64,000 bases of DNA. Source: an uncultured Actinomycetota bacterium. GTDB lineage: Bacteria; Actinomycetota; Actinomycetes; JAHEKZ01. This document shows positions 34,085 to 45,300 of the stretch, one piece after another; within the stretch, counting starts at the first letter, position 1, and each line of letters opens with the position of its first letter. The notes under the pieces were generated by a model. That model ran no database searches and was not told the DNA's origin. It saw only the letters and a list, made by a program, of their open reading frames with translations. The stretch lies in NCBI GenBank assembly GCA_963743915.1, contig CAVURN010000001.1:608001-672000 (forward strand), in the 5' to 3' direction. A program made the position numbers and the translations under genes.

Positions 34085-34123
34085 TCGGACTGGCGGTGAA
34101 CGGACGCGGCGTCCGGCGCCCCG

Positions 34124-35470
34124 CTACTTCTCGCGGAAGCGGTTGATGGCGTCGAGGTGCATGGCGCGCAGCTCCTGGTCGCGGACTCCGAGCCCCTCCT
34201 CTGGGGCGAGGCAGAGCACGCCGACCTTGCCCTGGTGCATGTTGCGGTGGACCTCGTAGGCAGCCTGGCCGGTCTCTGCCAGGGGGTAGGCCTTCGACAG
34301 CGTCGGGTGCACCTTGCCGCGCTGGATGAGCCGGTTCGCCTCCCAGGCCTCGCGGTAGTTGGCGAAGTGCGAACCGACGATTCGCTTGAGGTTCATCCAG
34401 AGGTAACGGTTGTCGTACTCGTGCAGGAACCCCGAGGTGGAGGCGCAGGTGACGATGGTCCCTCCCTTGCGGGCCACGTAGACACTCGCGCCGAACGTCT
34501 CGCGTCCCGGGTGCTCGAACACGATGTCGACGTCGTCACCGCCGGTGAGCTCGCGGATCCGCGAGCCGAGACGCTTCCACTCGGACGGATCCTGGGTGCT
34601 CGGGTCCTTCCAGAACCGGTACGCCTCGGCGTTGCGGTCGATGATCAGCTCAGCGCCCATGCTCCGGACGATCTCGGCCTTCTCCGGCGACGACACGACG
34701 CAGATGGGGGTGGCGCCGCCGTTGAGCGCCATCTGCGTGGCGTAGGAACCGAGACCGCCGCTGGCGCCCCAGATCAGGACGATGTCGCCCTGCTTCATGC
34801 CGGCACCGTTCCGGCTGACCAGCTGGCGGTACGCCGTGCTGTTGACGAGCCCGGGCGACGCGGCCTCCTCCCACGTGAGGTGGTCGGGCTTGTCGAGCAG
34901 CTGGTTGCTCTTGACCAGGGCGAGCTGCGCGAGACCGCCGAAGTTGGTCTCGAAGCCCCAGATGCGCTGCTCCGGGTCGAGCATCGTGTCGTCGTGGCCA
35001 AGGGGACTCTCGAGCTCGACGGACAGGCAGTGCGCCACCACCTCGTCCCCGGGCTTCCAGGCGTGGACACCGGGGCCGGTGCGGAGCACGACGCCGGCGA
35101 GGTCGGATCCCAGGACGTGGTAGGGCAGGTCGTGGCGCTTGGCGAGGGGCGACGTCCGCCCGTAGCGGCGCAGGAACCCGAAGGTCGAGACCGGCTCGAA
35201 GATGCTCGACCAGACGGTGTTGTAGTTGATGGACGACGCCATCACGGCGACCAGCGCCTCGCCGGGACCGACCTCCGGCAGCGGGACGTCCTCGATCCGC
35301 AGGGCCTTGCGTGGGTCGCGGTCCCGCGTGGGCATCCCGTCAAACATCGTCTCGTCCTCCTGACGGAGGACGGCCGCGGTGTAGTGGTCGGGCACCGCGA
35401 GCGCGGCGAAGTCGTCCGACGACGCCTCGCCGGAGGTGATGGCGTCGGCGATCTGTTGCATGGACTGCAC
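34124..35470 (-). CDS. ccrA: crotonyl-CoA carboxylase/reductase
   Basis: [38 protein letters not shown]; ggagg before GTG 35470 (ATG 35461 alternative). Confidence 0.95.
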   Translation of the reverse strand: MQSMQQIADAITSGEASSDDFAALAVPDHYTAAVLRQEDETMFDGMPTRDRDPRKALRIEDVPLPEVGPGEALVAVMASSINYNTVWSSIFEPVSTFGFLRRYGRTSPLAKRHDLPYHVLGSDLAGVVLRTGPGVHAWKPGDEVVAHCLSVELESPLGHDDTMLDPEQRIWGFETNFGGLAQLALVKSNQLLDKPDHLTWEEAASPGLVNSTAYRQLVSRNGAGMKQGDIVLIWGASGGLGSYATQMALNGGATPICVVSSPEKAEIVRSMGAELIIDRNAEAYRFWKDPSTQDPSEWKRLGSRIRELTGGDDVDIVFEHPGRETFGASVYVARKGGTIVTCASTSGFLHEYDNRYLWMNLKRIVGSHFANYREAWEANRLIQRGKVHPTLSKAYPLAETGQAAYEVHRNMHQGKVGVLCLAPEEGLGVRDQELRAMHLDAINRFREK

Positions 35471-35507
35471 GTCGGCCTCCGAGGGCGGATGGTCGCAGGG
35501 TTGGACT

Positions 35508-35960
35508 CTAGTGCGTGGGCGCGGGCGGTTGCACGAGTTCGAGCAGGACGCCACCGACGTCCTTGGGGTGGACGAAGTTGATCCGGGCGCCTGCCGTGCC
35601 ACGACGCGGGGCGTCGTAGAGCAGCCGCAGTCCACGGCTCCGCAGGATCTCGCTGACCGCGTCGATGTCGTCCACGCGGCAGGCCACCTGCTGCAGGCCC
35701 GGTCCGTTGCGGTCGAGGAACTTCCCGATCGGCGAGTCCGGAGTCAGGGGTGCGAGCAGCTGGACGAAGGAACCAGAGTCGCCGACAGCCATCATCGCCT
35801 CGCGGACGCCCTGGTCGGGATTGGACTCCTCGTGGACCAATGCCATGCCCAGCACGTCGCGGTAGAAGGCGATCGCGGCGTCGAGGTCCGCGACGGCGAC
35901 GCCGACATGGTCGAGGGCGGTGAAGAGATGTGCGAGGTCGGCAGCATCGGTGCTGGACAT
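35508..35960 (-). CDS. mce: methylmalonyl/ethylmalonyl-CoA epimerase
   Basis: [35 protein letters not shown]. Confidence 0.93.
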   Translation of the reverse strand: MSSTDAADLAHLFTALDHVGVAVADLDAAIAFYRDVLGMALVHEESNPDQGVREAMMAVGDSGSFVQLLAPLTPDSPIGKFLDRNGPGLQQVACRVDDIDAVSEILRSRGLRLLYDAPRRGTAGARINFVHPKDVGGVLLELVQPPAPTH

Positions 35961-36107
35961 GGTCAGATCCCCTCTCGGTGGAGTCGAGGTCCGCAGGACA
36001 TGGTGGCATCGGAGGCGCCCGGATCGGCAGCCGGGGGTCGAGGAAGGCGGGTCCCGGCCAGTACGCTGGCAGGTGATCACCCGTACCTCGGATGGGAGGG
36101 TCAGTCC

Positions 36108-37292
36108 ATGACCTCGAATGTCATCGTTGCCGGCGCCCGCACCCCCATGGGGCGGCTCCTCGGCTCCCTCAAGGACTTCAGCGCCGCCGACCTCGGCGCG
36201 GTTGCCATCAAGGGGGCGCTCGAGCGCGCGGGCGTCACCGGCGACCAGGTGCAGTACGTCATCATGGGCCAGGTGCTGCAGGCCGGCGCGGGGCAGCTGC
36301 CGGTGCGGAAGGCGTCCGTCGGCGCAGGCATCCCGATGACGGTGCCGTCGATCCTCATCAACAAGGTCTGTCTGAGCGGTCTCGACGCCATCGCACTGGC
36401 CGACCAGCTGATCCGTGCGGGCGAGGTCGAGATCGTGGTGGCCGGTGGCATGGAGTCGATGACCAACGCTCCCCACGTGCTGCCGAAGTCACGCGAGGGC
36501 GTCAAGTACGGCAACACGCAGCTGGTGGACGCCATGGCCTTCGACGGCCTCACCGACGCTTTCGACGGGCAGCCGATGGGCGCGTCCACCGAGGGGTACA
36601 ACGAGCGCTACTCACTCACCCGCGAGGAGCAGGACGCCTTCGCGGCACGTTCGCACCAGCGGGCGGCGGAGGCGCAGAAGAACGGGCTGTTCGCCGAGGA
36701 GATCGTGCCCGTCGAGGTCCCGCAGCGGCGCGGTGACCCCCTCGTGTTCAGTGAGGACGAGGGCATTCGCGCCGACACCACCGTGGAGTCGCTGGGCAAG
36801 CTGCGTCCGGCGTTCCGCAAGGATGGCACGATCACCGCGGGATCGGCCTCGCAGATCTCCGACGGTGCAGCAGCCGTCGTCGTGATGAGCAAGGCGAAGG
36901 CCGAGGAGCTCGGCCTTCCGTGGCTCGCCGAGATCGGTGCGCACGGGATCGTGGCAGGGCCCGACACCTCCCTGCACGAGCAGCCGTCCAACGCGATCCA
37001 GAAGGCGCTCGACCGCGAGGGTCTCACTGCGGCCGACCTCGACCTCGTCGAGATCAACGAGGCGTTCGCCGCCGTGGGCATCGTCTCCGCGCGCAAGCTG
37101 GGGCTGGCGGACGAGCAGGTGAACCCGAACGGTGGTGCCATTGCACTGGGTCACCCGATCGGCATGAGCGGTGCGCGTCTGGCGCTGACCCTCGCGCTCG
37201 AGCTCAAGCGGCGGGGTGGTGGCATCGGTGCGGCCGCTCTCTGTGGTGGCGGTGGCCAGGGTGACGCTCTGATCCTGCGGGTGCCGGCCTGA
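36108..37292 (+). CDS. acetyl-CoA C-acetyltransferase (thiolase)
   Basis: [24 protein letters not shown]. Confidence 0.96.
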   Translation: MTSNVIVAGARTPMGRLLGSLKDFSAADLGAVAIKGALERAGVTGDQVQYVIMGQVLQAGAGQLPVRKASVGAGIPMTVPSILINKVCLSGLDAIALADQLIRAGEVEIVVAGGMESMTNAPHVLPKSREGVKYGNTQLVDAMAFDGLTDAFDGQPMGASTEGYNERYSLTREEQDAFAARSHQRAAEAQKNGLFAEEIVPVEVPQRRGDPLVFSEDEGIRADTTVESLGKLRPAFRKDGTITAGSASQISDGAAAVVVMSKAKAEELGLPWLAEIGAHGIVAGPDTSLHEQPSNAIQKALDREGLTAADLDLVEINEAFAAVGIVSARKLGLADEQVNPNGGAIALGHPIGMSGARLALTLALELKRRGGGIGAAALCGGGGQGDALILRVPA

Positions 37293-38254
37293 CCCGGGCG
37301 GCTCCGAGCGACCTCGCGTCACTGGTCGACCGAGCACGCAACGGCGACCCACGGGCCGTCGCGCGACTCATCTCGCTCATCGAGGACCAGTCGCCGCTGC
37401 TGCCCCAGCTCGCGGCGATGCTGTCGCCGCTCGCCGGACGCGCGCACGTGGTGGGACTGACCGGCGCGCCCGGCGTCGGGAAGTCCACGACCACCTCGGC
37501 TCTCGTCACCGCCTACCGGACGCAGGGCCGACGCGTCGGCGTCCTGGCGGTCGATCCGTCCTCGCCCTTCACCGGCGGGGCACTGCTCGGCGACCGGGTG
37601 CGGATGCAGGAGCACGCGACCGACCCGGGCGTGTTCATCCGGTCGATGGCAACGCGTGGCCACCTCGGCGGTCTCGCGGCGGCAGCTCCGCAGGCGGTCC
37701 GGGTGCTGGACGCGGCGGGGTGCGACGTCGTGCTGGTCGAGACCGTGGGCGTGGGGCAGTCCGAGGTCGAGGTGGCCGGGCTCGCCGACACCACGGTCGT
37801 GCTGTTGGCGCCGGGGATGGGAGATGCCGTGCAGGCGGCGAAAGCCGGCATTCTGGAGATCGGCAACGTGTACTGCGTGAACAAGGCGGACCGCGACGGA
37901 GCCGACCTGGCGGTCCGCGAACTTCGCACCATGCTGGCCATCGGGCGGAACGTCGAGGGCGCGGAGGCGCCGGTGTGGCGTCCGCCGATCGTCAAGACGG
38001 TGGCCTCACGCGGAGAGGGCATCGACGACCTGGTGCAGGCGATCGCCGAGCACAGCGCGTACCTCGTCGACCACGGCGTCCTGGAACGGCGTCGGCGCGA
38101 GCGCGCGAGAGCCGAGATCGAGGCCCTGGTGGTGGCAGCGGTGCGAGCGCGACTGTCCGACGGCGAGGCGGCCCGCCGCCTCGAGGCTCTCGCCGGCGAC
38201 GTCGTCTCGGGCGCGACCGACCCTTACACGGCAGCCGCTGCCCTCCTCCCCTGA
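37289..38254 (+). CDS. meaB: methylmalonyl-CoA mutase-associated GTPase MeaB (start uncertain, possibly CTG at 37289)
   Basis: [33 protein letters not shown]; homologous-looking N-terminus ([15 protein letters not shown]) precedes the first ATG. Confidence 0.93.
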   Translation: MTRAAPSDLASLVDRARNGDPRAVARLISLIEDQSPLLPQLAAMLSPLAGRAHVVGLTGAPGVGKSTTTSALVTAYRTQGRRVGVLAVDPSSPFTGGALLGDRVRMQEHATDPGVFIRSMATRGHLGGLAAAAPQAVRVLDAAGCDVVLVETVGVGQSEVEVAGLADTTVVLLAPGMGDAVQAAKAGILEIGNVYCVNKADRDGADLAVRELRTMLAIGRNVEGAEAPVWRPPIVKTVASRGEGIDDLVQAIAEHSAYLVDHGVLERRRRERARAEIEALVVAAVRARLSDGEAARRLEALAGDVVSGATDPYTAAAALLP

Positions 38255-38256
38255 AA

Positions 38257-38306
38257 GGGTGCGGTGTGACACCGCTCCCGTTCTATGAAGGTTTGGCCGG
38301 ACTCAT
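38257..38306. repeat. left arm of ~50-bp imperfect inverted repeat
   Basis: 40/50 identity to the reverse complement of 39382-39431, with an 18-bp exact core tgtgacaccgctcccgtt. Confidence 0.9.
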
Positions 38307-39301
38307 GAAGCAATGCGGCGACCTCTAGCCCCCGTCAGAATCACCTTGACCGGGGGTGGCTGCCGGCCGGCGTGAGCTGCTCGCGTTCTTGCGATGCTCG
38401 CGAGGACGCCTGCCGGATCATCGCGAATGTCGACGGGGGTGATCCGGAGGACGACGATGCTGAGCTCCGCGAACCGTCGGTGTCGTGACCAAGTGGTGTC
38501 GTAGCCGTGCTCGTCATCAAAGTGGTGCTTGCGGGAGTCGACCTCGAGCGCAATGCCGAGGTCCTCGTAGTACCCATCGGGTTCGGCGATGAACTCGCCC
38601 TGCGGGGTTGTCAGTGTCGGATTCCACACCGGCTCGGGGAGATCGCTGGCGCGCACGATGTCGCGCAGCCCAGCCTCCGGCACCGATCGGACGCCGGCAG
38701 CGGCGTCGCCGACGACGTCCCGCATGACCGCGGTCCACTGACGTTGCCCCTGGCGGATCTCCGCACGAAGGTCGTCGATGTCGAGGAGCTTCCGCTGCAC
38801 CGCCTCGAGGGTGAACGCGCGTACCTGGCGACGATCGGCTGTGCGGCGGCCGGCGTCGAAGACGGCACGGGAAAGGGGCGCGACAGCGAAGCCACCGACG
38901 GACACCGGCTCAGGCATCCTCTGGGTGCGCTCGACCGTGAGGAAGGAAGCCGACCTGAGCTGACGTTCCCGGTGGATCAGCACCTGGAGAGGAAGGTCCT
39001 GCGGAGCACACGGAAGGTTGTACAGGCCGTAGAGATGGAGGGCTCCCAGGCCGGTGTGCAATGCGCCTGGTCCACCGTACTGCGTGGCTGCGTGCGCCCG
39101 TTCGAGGAAGGTCGGCGTCCCACGGTGGACGAGGTAGGTCGCCGGGAGAAGGCGTTGCCAGCGTCCGCCCGTGCGCGTCCATCGGCTGATGCTGGACGAC
39201 GACATCCCCAGCGACACGAGCTGGCCGTGCGTGATGACACCGCTCTGCGAGCGGGCGAGGTCGTCGATGGCGTGAAGATCGAAGGATCGTGACTGCGGCA
39301 T
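38303..39301 (-). CDS. AbiEi-type wHTH + DUF559/Vsr-like PD-(D/E)XK endonuclease domain protein
   Basis: N-terminal QSGVIT..QL..LG....ISRW...GRWQRL; SVPE; C-terminal PEPVWN...PDGYY...LEVDS...HH...VLRIT. Confidence 0.8.
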   Translation of the reverse strand: MPQSRSFDLHAIDDLARSQSGVITHGQLVSLGMSSSSISRWTRTGGRWQRLLPATYLVHRGTPTFLERAHAATQYGGPGALHTGLGALHLYGLYNLPCAPQDLPLQVLIHRERQLRSASFLTVERTQRMPEPVSVGGFAVAPLSRAVFDAGRRTADRRQVRAFTLEAVQRKLLDIDDLRAEIRQGQRQWTAVMRDVVGDAAAGVRSVPEAGLRDIVRASDLPEPVWNPTLTTPQGEFIAEPDGYYEDLGIALEVDSRKHHFDDEHGYDTTWSRHRRFAELSIVVLRITPVDIRDDPAGVLASIARTRAAHAGRQPPPVKVILTGARGRRIAS

Positions 39302-39381
39302 GCGCAGAGGTTGTCGCGTGTCGCACGCGGCCACCCGGGTTTTCTCCGCGCTGTGGACAGAGCGCCGTGCCATGAGGGTGG

Positions 39382-39431
39382 ATGAGTACGGCGATCCCTG
39401 CAATCAACGGGAGCGGTGTCACAGGGCACCC
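39382..39431. repeat. right arm of ~50-bp imperfect inverted repeat
   Basis: atgagtacggcgatccctgcaatcaacgggagcggtgtcacagggcaccc. Confidence 0.9.
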
Positions 39432-39441
39432 GCAAGAGGGG

Positions 39442-39900
39442 TCAGGACCAGGCGGCGGGGTCCTGGGTGAAGGTGGTGACGGTCTCCGGCAGCTCGCCAC
39501 TGGCGATCTCGGCGAGCGTCACATGTTCCAGGACGCCGCGGAGCGCGGCCCGCGTCGCGATCCAGACCTCCCGAAGGTGCTCGGCGGCACCTGCGTAGTC
39601 GGCGTTCTCCGGTCGGTCGCCGCGGACGTCGGCCAGGGGACCGTCGAGGGCCCGGACGACGTCGGCCACGGTGATGTCGGAAGCCGGCCGCGCGAGTCGA
39701 TAGCCGCCATCGGCACCTCGCTGGCTGGCGATGATGCCGGCCTGCCGGAGCTGCCGAAGAATGCCCTCGAGGAACCTCCCGGGGATGGCCTGCTCGGAGG
39801 CGAGGTGGTCGCCCTTGATCAGCGAGCCGGCCTCGCCGCCCTCGCGAGTGATGACCAGCAGCGCCCTCATGGCGTAGTCGACTTTGGCAGACACGTGCAC
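39442..39900 (-). CDS. Rrf2 family transcriptional regulator (Cys-less)
   Basis: DYAMRAL, QRGADGGYRL, ITVADVVRALDGPL. Confidence 0.92.
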   Translation of the reverse strand: MHVSAKVDYAMRALLVITREGGEAGSLIKGDHLASEQAIPGRFLEGILRQLRQAGIIASQRGADGGYRLARPASDITVADVVRALDGPLADVRGDRPENADYAGAAEHLREVWIATRAALRGVLEHVTLAEIASGELPETVTTFTQDPAAWS

Positions 39901-39999
39901 CCGGTCATTGTGTCCCGTCCTCGTCCTGGGGAGCGAGGAGGGCGTCCTCTCGGGCTAGCCTGCTGAGGACAGCGTGCTGAGACCGACGGGAGGAGGCCG

Positions 40000-41670
40000 A
40001 TGGACGCGGACGAGATCGCCGACGGTCGTCACCGTTTCGAGAGCCGTTGGGCGGAGCCGCCGCCACCTCGTCAGACGCTGTCCGGTGCGCCGTTGCAGCC
40101 GATCTACGCGCCGGACGACGTCGGTCAGTCCGACGTCCCCGGGTTCGAGCGGATCGGGTGGCCGGGGGAGTACCCGTTCACCCGGGGGATCTACACCAGC
40201 GGCTACCTCGGAAAGCCGTGGACCATCCGGCAGTTCGCCGGCTTCGCCGCGGCCGACGACACGAACGCCCGCTTCCACGGGCTGCTCGCCGCAGGCAGCG
40301 ACGGACTGAGCGTCGCCTTCGACATGCCCACGCTCATGGGACTCGACTCCGACCACCCGCGAGCCCAGGGCGAGGTCGGGCACTGTGGCGTCGCCATCGA
40401 CTCCGCGCAGGACATGGACGCGCTGTTCACCGGGATCCCGCTCGACGCCGTGAGCACGTCGATGACGATCAGCGGTCCCGCTGTCCCACTGTTCTGCTGC
40501 TATGTCGTGGCCGCCGAACGCGCAGGCGCTGACGTGGCGTCGATGTCAGGCACGCTGCAGACGGACATCTTCAAGGAGTACATCGCGCAGAAGGAGTGGC
40601 TCTACCCCCCCGCGCCGCACCTGCGCCTGATCGGCGACCTGCTGGAGTGGACCCAGCAGCACCTGCCGCGCTACCACCCGATCAGCATCAGCGGGTACCA
40701 CATCCGCGAGGCAGGGGCCACGGCCGCGCAAGAGCTGGCCTTCACCCTCGCCGACGGCTTCGGCTACGTCGAGCTCGGCATCGAGCGGGGTCTCGACGTG
40801 GACGCGTTCGCGTCGCGGCTGAGTTTCTTCTTCGACGCGCACATCGACTTCTTCGAGGAGGTCGCCAAGTTCCGCGCGGCCCGTCGCATCTGGGCACGCT
40901 GGATGCGCGACCGCTACGGAGCGACGACCGACCGAGCCCAGTGGCTGCGGTTCCACACGCAGACGGCCGGGGTGTCCCTCACGGCGCAGCAGCCGCAGAA
41001 CAACGTGGTCCGCACCGCCATCGAGGCACTGGCCGCGGTGCTCGGCGGCACCAACTCGTTGCACACCAACGCTCTCGACGAGGTGCTCGCGCTGCCGACC
41101 GAGGCCGCCGCCGAGGTGGCACTGCGTACTCAGCAGGTGCTCCTGGAGGAGACGGGAGTCGCGTCCGTGATCGACCCGCTCGGGGGTTCGTGGTACGTCG
41201 AGGCGTCCACCGACCGGGTCGAGCAGGAGGCGGAGGAGCTCCTCGCGGAGATCCTTGCGCTCGGGGACGGCCGGTCCATGACGTCCGGCATCGTCGCCGG
41301 GATCGACGACGGCTGGTTCACCGGCCGTATCGCCGACGCCGCCGACGAGCAGCAGCGCGCCCTCGAGGAGGGGCGCCGGCACGTCGTCGGCGTCACCGCC
41401 CACACGAGCACGGTGGCCGAGCCGCTGGAGGTGCTCCGCATCGACCGCGCCGTCGAGACGGCCCAGGTCGAGCGGCTTGCTGCGCGACGGTCGAACCGTG
41501 ACGCGGACGCCGTGGCGAGCACGCTCGCCGCCCTGACCGTCGCCGCCCGCGCCGACGCCAACCTCGTGCCGCCGATGCTGGACGCGGCTCGAGCCGAAGC
41601 CACCGTCGGCGAGATCTGTGACGCCCTGCGTGAGGTGTTCGGCTCCTATACCGAGCCCCCCCGCTTCTGA
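40000..41670 (+). CDS. icmA: acyl-CoA mutase large subunit, isobutyryl-CoA mutase-like
   Basis: PWTIRQFAGF (Phe) and KEYIAQKEW (Gln) at the positions where MCM has Tyr/Arg; no fused B12 domain. Confidence 0.75.
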   Translation: MDADEIADGRHRFESRWAEPPPPRQTLSGAPLQPIYAPDDVGQSDVPGFERIGWPGEYPFTRGIYTSGYLGKPWTIRQFAGFAAADDTNARFHGLLAAGSDGLSVAFDMPTLMGLDSDHPRAQGEVGHCGVAIDSAQDMDALFTGIPLDAVSTSMTISGPAVPLFCCYVVAAERAGADVASMSGTLQTDIFKEYIAQKEWLYPPAPHLRLIGDLLEWTQQHLPRYHPISISGYHIREAGATAAQELAFTLADGFGYVELGIERGLDVDAFASRLSFFFDAHIDFFEEVAKFRAARRIWARWMRDRYGATTDRAQWLRFHTQTAGVSLTAQQPQNNVVRTAIEALAAVLGGTNSLHTNALDEVLALPTEAAAEVALRTQQVLLEETGVASVIDPLGGSWYVEASTDRVEQEAEELLAEILALGDGRSMTSGIVAGIDDGWFTGRIADAADEQQRALEEGRRHVVGVTAHTSTVAEPLEVLRIDRAVETAQVERLAARRSNRDADAVASTLAALTVAARADANLVPPMLDAARAEATVGEICDALREVFGSYTEPPRF

Positions 41671-41691
41671 GCCGTCCGCCACAATGGCGGC

Positions 41692-42652
41692 ATGACGGTG
41701 ACACCATCCTGGCACTCCCGCCGGCTTCAACCCCTACGGCGCGGTCGACCTCGCGGCGCTGGCCCAGGCCCGCGAGGCTCGCGAGAAGGCTGAGGCGGTG
41801 CGCGCCCAGCGTCAGCAGGCTCAGCAGGGCGCAGACGGCGCCGCGGCACCGTCGGCGGCGACGGTTCTCGACGTGTCCGACGCCACCTTCCAGGCCGACG
41901 TGCTCGAACGGTCGATGACGCGTCCCGGTCGTCATCGACTTCTGGGCCGAGTGGTGCGGACCCTGCAAGCAGCTGTCGCCGGTGCTCGAGCGGCTCGCCG
42001 CAGCAGACGCCGGCGCCTGGGTGCTGGCCAAGGTCGATGTCGACGCCAACCCTCAGCTGTCGGCGGCCGCGCAGGTGCAGAGCATCCCCACCGTCATGGT
42101 CGTCTGGCAGGGTCAGGTGATCCCGGGCTTCATCGGGGCGCTCCCGGAGGCCCAGGTGCGGGACTTCCTCGACCAGGTGATCGCCCTGACAGGGAACGCA
42201 GGTGGCCCCGGCAGCCCGGCAGCCGAGGCCGCCGCACCGGAGGACCCCGAGCTGCTCGCCGCGGACGAGGCGCTGGCCGGGACGACCTCGAGGCGGCCGA
42301 GGCCGCCTACCGCGCAGATCCTGGCGACCCGTCCCGACCACCCGGACGCCCGCCAGGGACTGGCCAGCCTCACCCTGCTGCAAGCGCACCGCAGGGGCTC
42401 GACCTCGCCGGCGCGCGAGCCGCGGCCGAGGGCACCGACGATGTCGCCGCGCACACGGTCGCCGCCGACCTCGAGCTGCTGGACGGACAGGTGACCGAGA
42501 GCTTCGATCGGCTGATCGCCCTGGTCGGACGGACCGCGGGCGCCGAACGCGAGCAGGCCAAGGAGCACCTGCTGGAGCTGCTCGAGCTGGTGGGCAACGA
42601 CGACCCGGCCGTGCTGGCGGCGCGTCGCTCCCTGGCGAACGCCCTCTTCTGA
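41692..42652 (+). CDS. thioredoxin + TPR co-chaperone (YbbN/CnoX-like), multiple frameshifts
   Basis: [28 protein letters not shown]-terminal RRSLANALF spread over several frames. Confidence 0.85.
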
Positions 42653-42836
42653 CCTCCCGCTCCCTCCCGGCGGCCCCCGAGCAGGCGCTCTGCGCCCCGG
42701 TCGTCGATCGCAGGTGCAGTCTGATTTGTCTCCTTAATCCGGTTGCCGCGGGATTTTCCCCCGCCCGGAGCAGTCAGGGTCCGCCCTCGAGGTGCCGAAG
42801 ACCGTCTGGACAGGTCTCGTCCCTCAAGGAGACGCA

Positions 42837-43622
42837 ATGGTGTCCGGACTCGTCCGGCCGATCGGGCTGCTGGCGCTGGTCATGGCGGCCGTCGTCGGCC
42901 TTGCCGTGCCGCTGGCTCCGATGCCGGACGCCGACGCCGCCGGCTCCCGCTACGAGGTCAGCAACTGGACCGACCCCGACGGCCACACCCACCGGATCCG
43001 CTGGAACCCCTGCCAGACCATCACCTTCGCGGTGAACCCGAAGCTGGCCGGCCGCAGTGCGGCGGCCCGAGCCTCGGCGGTCGAGGACGTACAGCAGGCC
43101 TTCCGGCGGGTGGGCAAACGCGTGGGGATCGACTTCGCCTACGCCGGCCGCACCGACGAGATCCCGCGCGACGGTGCCAGCCAGTCGTGGTCCTCGCGTC
43201 AGAAGGCCGCGGAGATCGTCGTCGCGTGGGTGGACCAGGCCCGTGCAGCCACCCGCTCCAACCTGATCGGCAAGTCGGGTGGGCGCTACCCGTCGGGCGT
43301 CGGCGGCTGGATGATGCGCTGGACTCAGCCGACCAGTACCAGGCGGCCATCGGTCGCGGCTTCGTGGTGCTCAACGCCGACCACAACCGTCTCTACGCGC
43401 GCGGGCTTCGGTTCGGGGACGACGCGTGGCGCTCTGCTCCTGCACGAGATCGGACACGTGATGGGGCTCGGCCACGTGGGCACGACCCGCGAGCTGATGT
43501 ACCCGACGATGCTCGAGCGCGGGAGCAGCAACTACAAGCGTGGTGACCGCACCGGTCTGGCCAAGGTCGGTCGGTCCCTCGGGTGCATCAAGGGCGCCAA
43601 CGACTTCTGGCCGCAGATCTGA
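42837..43622 (+). CDS. secreted matrixin family zinc metalloprotease (probable compensating indels ~43320-43400)
   Basis: Signal peptide, RWNPC, HEIGHVMGLGH, Met-turn LMYP. Confidence 0.88.
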   Translation: MVSGLVRPIGLLALVMAAVVGLAVPLAPMPDADAAGSRYEVSNWTDPDGHTHRIRWNPCQTITFAVNPKLAGRSAAARASAVEDVQQAFRRVGKRVGIDFAYAGRTDEIPRDGASQSWSSRQKAAEIVVAWVDQARAATRSNLIGKSGGRYPSGVGGWMMRWTQPTSTRRPSVAASWCSTPTTTVSTRAGFGSGTTRGALLLHEIGHVMGLGHVGTTRELMYPTMLERGSSNYKRGDRTGLAKVGRSLGCIKGANDFWPQI

Positions 43623-43635
43623 GCGGTACTCGGCA

Positions 43636-45169
43636 CTAGCCGCGGGCGACCGCGGTGGACATCAGCCCCAGCGGCGGAGACCCGAGCGCTGAGCAAGGCG
43701 TCGTGGAAGCGGCGCAGCGAGAACTCCGACCCCCACTGCCTTCCGTCGCCTGCGCACGGACGTCGAGGATCGAGCCACTTGCCCCATGTGTAGATGCCGT
43801 AGGTCGGGTCGAACGTCCCACGCCGCGCCTCGGATCGGGCGGTGGCCTCGGGCATGAAGGCGTCCGTCATGAACTTGCGCGTCGCCGCATCGACGTCGAG
43901 CGCGCCGGTGTGCAGGCCGATGGCGCACGCCAGCCGCGTGACGCGCACGAGCGCCTCGAGTGCGACGCCGATGCGGAAGCGCGGGTCGTCGGCGTGGAAA
44001 CCCTCCTCGAGCATCAGCTCCTCGCCGTAGTGCGCCCACCCCTCGGCGAAACCCGACCCGATCAGCGTGCGCCGGACAGGGCTCTGGACGCGGCGGAGGG
44101 CCCGGCCGTGGGCGAAGTGTCCCGGCGCCACCTCGTGGGCGGTGATCGCGGCGAGCGCGGTGCTGCTGAACATCGACAGCCACTCCGCCTGCTCGGCCTC
44201 CGGCCATGTCGGCTCCGGCGGCGTGATGTCGTAGTGCGAGGGAGCGTCGGACTCGTCGGGGCCGGCCCAGGCGAGCATCGCGGTGGCCCAGCGCCGCGAC
44301 GGTGGAGCGAGGCCGACCCGGCACTGCGCCGTCGAGGTGGGTGAGCCAGCCGCGCTCGCGGCAGAAGGCGATGACGTCCTCCGTCGTGACGCGGCCGCGA
44401 CCTGGACCACCTCGTCGGCGGAGGGGTGGTCCGCGAGCAGTTCGGTCACCACCTCGACCACCGGCCGGTCGCCGGACGCAGCTGCGCGCAGCCCTCGCGC
44501 AGCATCTCGTGCAGCCGGATCCGCTCGCGCTCCGCGCGTTCGCTCAAGCGCGGCGAGGTCGACGGCGAGCGGCGTCGTCGGCCGCCATGAGACGGGTAGA
44601 GTGCGTGCGCGCCGATGGCGGTCGTCGGGCGAGCCGTCGCTGGCGAGCTGCTGCAGGTGCGCCGACGAGCCTGGCGTGGGCGGTCAGTGCTGCCGGTGTC
44701 CCGGCGTCGTCGTCGGGCAGGCCGTCGGCCAGTCCCGTCACGGCCGGCAGCAGCGCGGTCGCGACCGGAGCGGGCACCGCGTCGAGGGAGCGGCATCGCC
44801 ATGTCGACGGCGTCCGGCCACAGCGCCAGGTGCGCCCGCCGGGCCCTGTCCCGGTCGCTCTCGGGGGCGTACGGCGCGGTCGTAGCAGGCGAGGTCGAGG
44901 TTCTCCAGGTGGATCAGCGGGTTGCGGCGGTGCAGCTGCGAGCTCGCCGTAGCCGGACGCGCGCGGCACGCCTCGAACGCCGCCAGGTGCGCCTCGTCGT
45001 GCGGGTCGTCGAGCGGAGGGCCACCGAGCCGGCCCAGTGCACTGGCTCACGCCCTCGGGCGAGAGGTCCTGGATCTGGCCGTCGTACTCGTGGCGTCCGA
45101 CCTCCTCGCGGAGGGCGGGAACGGTGCAGGTCGAGCACGCGCGCGCAGGTCGGGGGTGGGGGAGTCCAT
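43636..45169 (-). CDS. DUF885 family protein (many frameshifts)
   Basis: RHEYDG..QDLSP, HEVAPGH, FAEGWAHY, YTWGK in different frames. Confidence 0.75.
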
Positions 45170-45300
45170 GGCGGGGAGCGTACGTCACGTGCGGGACGAC
45201 GGTCGGGAGCGTCCGGGACGGCGTGTTCCGGTTCGCCGGCCGGACGACCGGACGTCCCGCATGGCACTGCGACTGGGTTCACACTGCCGCCGCTGCGATG

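Larger units (their letters stand above)
38257..39431 (-). mobile_element. putative IR-bounded endonuclease element (no transposase)
   Basis: Single nuclease gene exactly enclosed by IRs, inserted between convergent meaB and rrf2 stops; no clear target-site duplication. Confidence 0.5.

Noticed and set aside
38303-39301. Type IV toxin-antitoxin (AbiE) defence system
   Set aside because: No AbiEii nucleotidyltransferase partner is adjacent and the C-terminus is a Vsr-like nuclease
42653-42836. c-di-AMP or other riboswitch before the matrixin protease
   Set aside because: Only short hairpins are visible; conserved ydaO motifs were not found
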